Shown here: one piece after another, positions 60,266 to 64,000 of the stretch
Layout: each line of letters opens with the position of its first letter
Numbering within the stretch: the stretch's first letter is position 1
NCBI GenBank assembly: GCA_002441425.1
Contig: DJWB01000001.1
Location: forward strand, 15,087-79,086
Direction: 5' to 3'
Origin: Patescibacteria group bacterium UBA6241
GTDB lineage: Bacteria; Patescibacteriota; Minisyncoccia; Phycocordibacterales; Phycocordibacteraceae
DNA length: 64,000 nt
The notes under the pieces: model-generated
The model's input: only the letters and a program-made list of their open reading frames with translations
Database searches by the model: none
What the model was told of the DNA's origin: nothing
Position numbers and translations under genes: made by a program

Positions 60266-61201
60266 CTAGAGAGGCCAGGCTTCGCCATAGGAGGCAGTAA
60301 ATCGCTCGGCAAGCGCTTCTTTTGAAGGCGCGTGGTGCTGTCCGCCGTGTGATTCAACTGCGTAGGCAGCAAGGGTAGCTCCTATACGTGCACAGGTCTC
60401 GTTGGAAAGACCTTTTATATATCCTGCAAGGAAACCAGCACGAAAGGCATCGCCTGCGCCTGTTGGGTCAACTGCCTCTGCCTGCACTGCTGGAACATGC
60501 ACAGTCTCTTCTTTTGTCTGAATTCGTGCTCCCTTTGATCCGAGCGTTACCACTAAGAAAGAGACTCGCTCAAGAATGTCTGCTTCGGTCCATCCAGTTT
60601 TCTGCAATACGAGCGCCAATTCGTAGTCGTTAACAAAGAGCGCATTAGATAAAGAGATTGCTTCCTGGAGTGATTCTTTAGAAAAAGCAGGAATCTGTTG
60701 TCCTGGATCAAAGAAGCAAGGCACACTAGCCTCGGCACTAAGCTTCACAAAAGAATTCATGTCTTCAATGTTGGTGGGAGATACGAGAACCGCTTTTCTT
60801 TCTGAAAGATCTATTTTCTCTGCGTAGGGAAGTCCTCCAGCTCCGGGAGCAAACGAAGTTATCTGATTGTTGTGCATGTCTGACATGATGTACGCGCCTG
60901 CTGTCAGAAGCTCATCATTTGTTGCAATAGTGTCTGTGCTAATGCTGTGTGCGTGTAGGTGCTCCTCGTATGACTGTCTGTCCTTTCCAAGGGATGCAAC
61001 ACAATCTGCTGAAAGCCCGAGCAATGAAAGGTTGTAGGTAATGTTTCCTGCAGTACCTCCAAATTCCTGGGTAACCGTATCAATCAAAAAGCCCACACTC
61101 AGCTGGTGCAGTTTCTCAGGAAGGAAGTGATCTCCAAAAGAGCCGGAGAACTGCATAATTCGGTCATACGCGAGCGATCCCACGAGTACTATTTCATTCA
61201 T
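60266..61201 (-). CDS. PfkB-family carbohydrate/nucleoside kinase (adenosine-kinase-like)
   Basis: DPTGAGDAFRAGFLAGY anion-hole motif, N-terminal GG motif region. Confidence 0.7.
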   Translation of the reverse strand: MNEIVLVGSLAYDRIMQFSGSFGDHFLPEKLHQLSVGFLIDTVTQEFGGTAGNITYNLSLLGLSADCVASLGKDRQSYEEHLHAHSISTDTIATNDELLTAGAYIMSDMHNNQITSFAPGAGGLPYAEKIDLSERKAVLVSPTNIEDMNSFVKLSAEASVPCFFDPGQQIPAFSKESLQEAISLSNALFVNDYELALVLQKTGWTEADILERVSFLVVTLGSKGARIQTKEETVHVPAVQAEAVDPTGAGDAFRAGFLAGYIKGLSNETCARIGATLAAYAVESHGGQHHAPSKEALAERFTASYGEAWPL

Positions 61202-61258
61202 TGCGTTCAGCGTACCACGTCAATGAAAGCTTCATAGATCGCGGTATACTATGTCTCT

Positions 61259-63034
61259 ATGAGAACTATGTGGAGAGATGATTTACCGCAAACTACTAAT
61301 CCGTTGCGGTTTTTCCTATTTGCCACCAAGCCCCACTGGCGCATGGCAGTACTCGCCACGTTCTTTGTGGTACTCGCGAGTGTTGCGCGAGCCCTCGTCC
61401 CATTCATATATAAGGTCATCGTAGATACGGCAACAACGCTTACAACAACAGGCAGTTACGAAACCCTCTGGAGTGCCGTTATTTTCTTTCTCATAATTTC
61501 GCTCGCGAGCAATTTGCTATGGCGAGCAAGCGGATTCTCTGGCATGCGCTGGGCAACAGGTGTCCGTGCTACAGGCCGTGCAGCGCTCACTTCATACCTA
61601 ACATCCCATAGCCATCAGTATTTCTCTGATCGGTTCGCAGGTTCGCTTTCAAACAAGACAAAGCAAGCAGGAGATAGCTTGCGTGATTTTACAGAAGCAT
61701 GGCTCTGGCAGTTCCTCGCATTCTTTATCTCAGTTATTGCGAGTTTCATCATTGTCTTTGCAACAAGCCCAATTGTCGGGTTTATTCTGCTCGGACTTTT
61801 TGTATTCATCACGCCGTTAAACATTTATCTAGCACGCAAGCGTATCCCGCGCTCCGTTGCTGCTCAGGCATCAGAGACAAAACTTAATGGAGCATCAGTA
61901 GATCTCATAACAAACATTACGGCTGTGCATGAGTATGCACGCAGACCGTTTGAGATGCTTCGCCTCAAAGAGCTTATTAATGAAAGAAGGGAGCTCGGCA
62001 TGCGTAACTGGCGCTTTGGCGAGTGGGTACTCGTTGGCAATAACCTCATTCAAGCAATATTCACAGGAGGAATGTTGCTGGTTTCTGTGTACCTCGCTAC
62101 ACAGGGAATTATTACTGCAGGAGACGTGATCCTCTTCCTTACTATGGTTGCGCTACTAGAGGACCAACTTACCTTTATTGGAAGCCAGTTCAATAGCTTT
62201 GCTGAAAGCTGGGGAACTCTAGAGGATAGTCTTACAGAAATTACTGAGCCGTACGATGTCGCAGACGTCCCAGGAGCAGCACCCCTCCCTATTAAAGATG
62301 GATCAATCTCTCTTGAGGATGTGTCCTTTGAATATGCAGCTGGCCCCGTGTTTACGAATCTCACGCTCCATATACCTGCAGGGCAGAAGGTAGGTGTTAT
62401 AGGAAGAAGCGGTGCGGGCAAGTCTACCCTTATGAAGTTGTTGCTTCGTCATTACGACCTTCCACAGGGCAAGATTCTTATTGATGGACAGGATATTACG
62501 AGCGTTACTAAAGAAAGTCTGCGTGCTGCTGTTGCCGTTGTTCCGCAGGAGCCTGCACTCTTCCATAGAAGCATTAGTGAGAATATTGCATACGGAAAGG
62601 CCGATGCAACACGAGAAGAAGTTGTACATGCTTCGCTTCAGGCTCAGGCCCACGAATTCATTGAGACTCTCCCGCAAGGCTATGACACAACCGTAGGAGA
62701 GCGTGGCGTTAAGCTTTCAGGAGGACAGAGACAGCGTGTTGCAATTGCGCGCGCACTCTTAAAGGACGCTCGTATTCTTCTTTTGGACGAGGCTACCAGT
62801 GCGCTTGATAGCGAAAGCGAGGTGCTCGTACAAAAAGCACTTCTTACGCTTATGGAAGGACGTACGGTTATTGCAATTGCACACCGCCTATCTACGCTAC
62901 GAGCGATGGATCGTCTGATTATCTTTGATAAGGGAGAAATCGTTGAAGACGGAACGCATGACGAGCTTATCGCAAAGGGAGGACTATATGCAGACCTTTG
63001 GAATCACCAAGCAGGCGGATTCCTAGAAGAGTAA
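61259..63034 (+). CDS. ABC transporter fused permease/ATP-binding protein (MsbA-like exporter)
   Basis: 6-TM N-domain, then Walker A GRSGAGKST, signature LSGGQRQR, Walker B LLLDEATSALD. Confidence 0.8.
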   Translation: MRTMWRDDLPQTTNPLRFFLFATKPHWRMAVLATFFVVLASVARALVPFIYKVIVDTATTLTTTGSYETLWSAVIFFLIISLASNLLWRASGFSGMRWATGVRATGRAALTSYLTSHSHQYFSDRFAGSLSNKTKQAGDSLRDFTEAWLWQFLAFFISVIASFIIVFATSPIVGFILLGLFVFITPLNIYLARKRIPRSVAAQASETKLNGASVDLITNITAVHEYARRPFEMLRLKELINERRELGMRNWRFGEWVLVGNNLIQAIFTGGMLLVSVYLATQGIITAGDVILFLTMVALLEDQLTFIGSQFNSFAESWGTLEDSLTEITEPYDVADVPGAAPLPIKDGSISLEDVSFEYAAGPVFTNLTLHIPAGQKVGVIGRSGAGKSTLMKLLLRHYDLPQGKILIDGQDITSVTKESLRAAVAVVPQEPALFHRSISENIAYGKADATREEVVHASLQAQAHEFIETLPQGYDTTVGERGVKLSGGQRQRVAIARALLKDARILLLDEATSALDSESEVLVQKALLTLMEGRTVIAIAHRLSTLRAMDRLIIFDKGEIVEDGTHDELIAKGGLYADLWNHQAGGFLEE

Positions 63035-63072
63035 ATCCCTGAAGATTTAGTTCAGGGATGTACTGTGTGGGG

Positions 63073-63145
63073 TGGGCGATACAGGATTCGAACCTGTGAC
63101 CCTCTCAACGTCAATGAGATGCTCTACCAACTGAGCTAACCGCCC
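63073..63145 (-). tRNA. tRNA-Val (anticodon GAC)
   Basis: Reverse complement gives GGGCGGT-TA-GCTCAGTTGGTAGAGC-A-TCTCA-TTGACGT-TGAGA-GGGTC-ACAGG-TTCGAAT-CCTGT-ATCGCCC-A. Confidence 0.8.
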
Positions 63146-63189
63146 GAGAACGCTCGCACTATACCGGAATTATAGGTACCATTCAAGAC

Positions 63190-63810
63190 ATGGAACAGGT
63201 ATCACTCACGCCGCAAACACAAGAATCTCTTATACAAAAGGCAGTTGAAGTTCTCTCACAAGGAGAGATTCTCCTGTACCCAACAGATACCGTGTACGGA
63301 CTTGGTGTTGATGCTACGGACGAAGATGCTATAGCAGCACTTAGGGATTTAAAGGGAAGAGATGAGAAGAAGCCTATTCTCATTATGCTCCCTTCAGTTG
63401 AGTCTATTGAAGACTATGCAGAAATGAATGAGGAAGCGTACCGGTTGGCGGAAGCATTTCTCCCAGGACCCCTAACACTTGTACTCCCTGCAAAGAAGTC
63501 TGTGTCCTATTCAGTTACGTTCAACAGAACTGTTGGTATACGAATTCCAAACGATCCGTTTTGTCTTGCGCTCTCAGCTGCGTTTGGGAAACCTATAACA
63601 ACAACGAGTGCAAACAGAAGTGGAATGGATCCAAAAGATACGGTGCCTGAGATTCTTTCTCAGTTTGGATTCCATGCTGAGTCCATAAGCCTTGCAATAG
63701 ATGCAGGTGCGAAAGGAAAGTCGCAGCCTTCAACTATTGTTTCAATAACAGACAGTGGCACCACCGTACTTCGCGAGGGAGCGCTCTCAAGAGAAGTCCT
63801 GGGACTATAG
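63190..63810 (+). CDS. tsaC: L-threonylcarbamoyladenylate synthase (TsaC/YrdC family)
   Basis: LLYPTDTVYGLGVDATDEDA...TTSANRSG, characteristic YrdC motifs. 206 aa. Confidence 0.8.
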   Translation: MEQVSLTPQTQESLIQKAVEVLSQGEILLYPTDTVYGLGVDATDEDAIAALRDLKGRDEKKPILIMLPSVESIEDYAEMNEEAYRLAEAFLPGPLTLVLPAKKSVSYSVTFNRTVGIRIPNDPFCLALSAAFGKPITTTSANRSGMDPKDTVPEILSQFGFHAESISLAIDAGAKGKSQPSTIVSITDSGTTVLREGALSREVLGL

Positions 63811-63865
63811 AAAGAAGCCCCGGGGTGTAAGTCCGAGGCTTGTGTTGTTTGTTGGTCGCCCTGAT

Positions 63866-64000
63866 TTAGGCGGCCGGGTTGCAGGTGGCGCCGGAGACGG
63901 TGAATTCCAGGGCGTCTCCGCCGGTCACCTGGCAGGCCCAGCGACGGCCGTCGTCCAGGCGGACGATGTAGCTCGTCGCGCTGCCCATGCCGTGCTTGGT
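63866..64000 (-). CDS. partial high-GC ORF (C-terminal 44 aa ...YIVRLDDGRRWACQVTGGDALEFTVSGATCNPAA), gene continues beyond the window
   Basis: I translated the minus strand by hand. The stop complement TTA is at 63866-63868. GC is >65% after the ~47% tsaC region. Confidence 0.3.
   Translation of the reverse strand, partial: TKHGMGSATSYIVRLDDGRRWACQVTGGDALEFTVSGATCNPAA

Overview
This 64 kb window is gene-dense, about 45-48% GC and mostly housekeeping genes. It looks like part of a small-genome bacterium with no outer-membrane components (TolC-type efflux duct, lipoprotein sorting); this is inference only. Arg/Gly-rich N-terminal tails on RNase J and the DEAD-box helicase, a short (~335 nt) RNase P RNA and many small membrane ORFs suggest Patescibacteria/CPR, with low confidence.

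Recognisable core genes:
- Translation and RNA: typA, lepA, valS, tsaD, tsaC, RNase J, a DEAD-box helicase, rnpB, and tRNA-Ser(GGA), tRNA-Arg(CCT), tRNA-Phe(GAA), tRNA-Val(GAC).
- Envelope and division: murJ, mltG, an FtsB-like protein, secG, a Wzy/O-antigen-ligase-like protein with TPR repeats, and an RND pump with its membrane-fusion partner.
- Stress and redox: groES/groEL, hsp20, csp, lemA, a MazG-like protein, htpX, prsW, a DsbA-like oxidoreductase, VKOR, msrB, bcp.
- Repair: nth and a MutY-like glycosylase, both apparently lacking the [4Fe-4S] cysteine motif.
- Metabolism: ahcY, a PfkB-family kinase, a DHH phosphoesterase, yjjX, a HAD hydrolase, a PAP2 phosphatase.

Several patches are much higher in GC than the background:
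- Both window edges: a partial pyrF at 1-626 and a partial minus-strand ORF at 63866-64000.
- A self-contained cassette at 1888-3316: a consensus promoter, a 17-bp perfect inverted repeat, and a ~66% GC membrane/coiled-coil gene at 2097-3233.
- Shorter patches at 20884-21237 and 38877-39035.
- Two diverged copies of a GC-rich Pro/Glu-rich micro-ORF element at 51499-51642 (minus) and 56817-56945 (plus).

Other accessory-looking content:
- An 866-aa secreted protein combining a C-type-lectin-fold domain, Ig-like domains and peptidoglycan-binding domains.
- A beta-helical repeat protein fused to a polytopic membrane domain.
- A tRNA-Ser-flanking segment of membrane ORFs with lower GC.

Terminators here are long hairpins, often bidirectional, with weak U-tracts. 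No CRISPR arrays, rRNAs or obvious transposases were seen. All domain calls rest on motif recognition by eye, without database searches.
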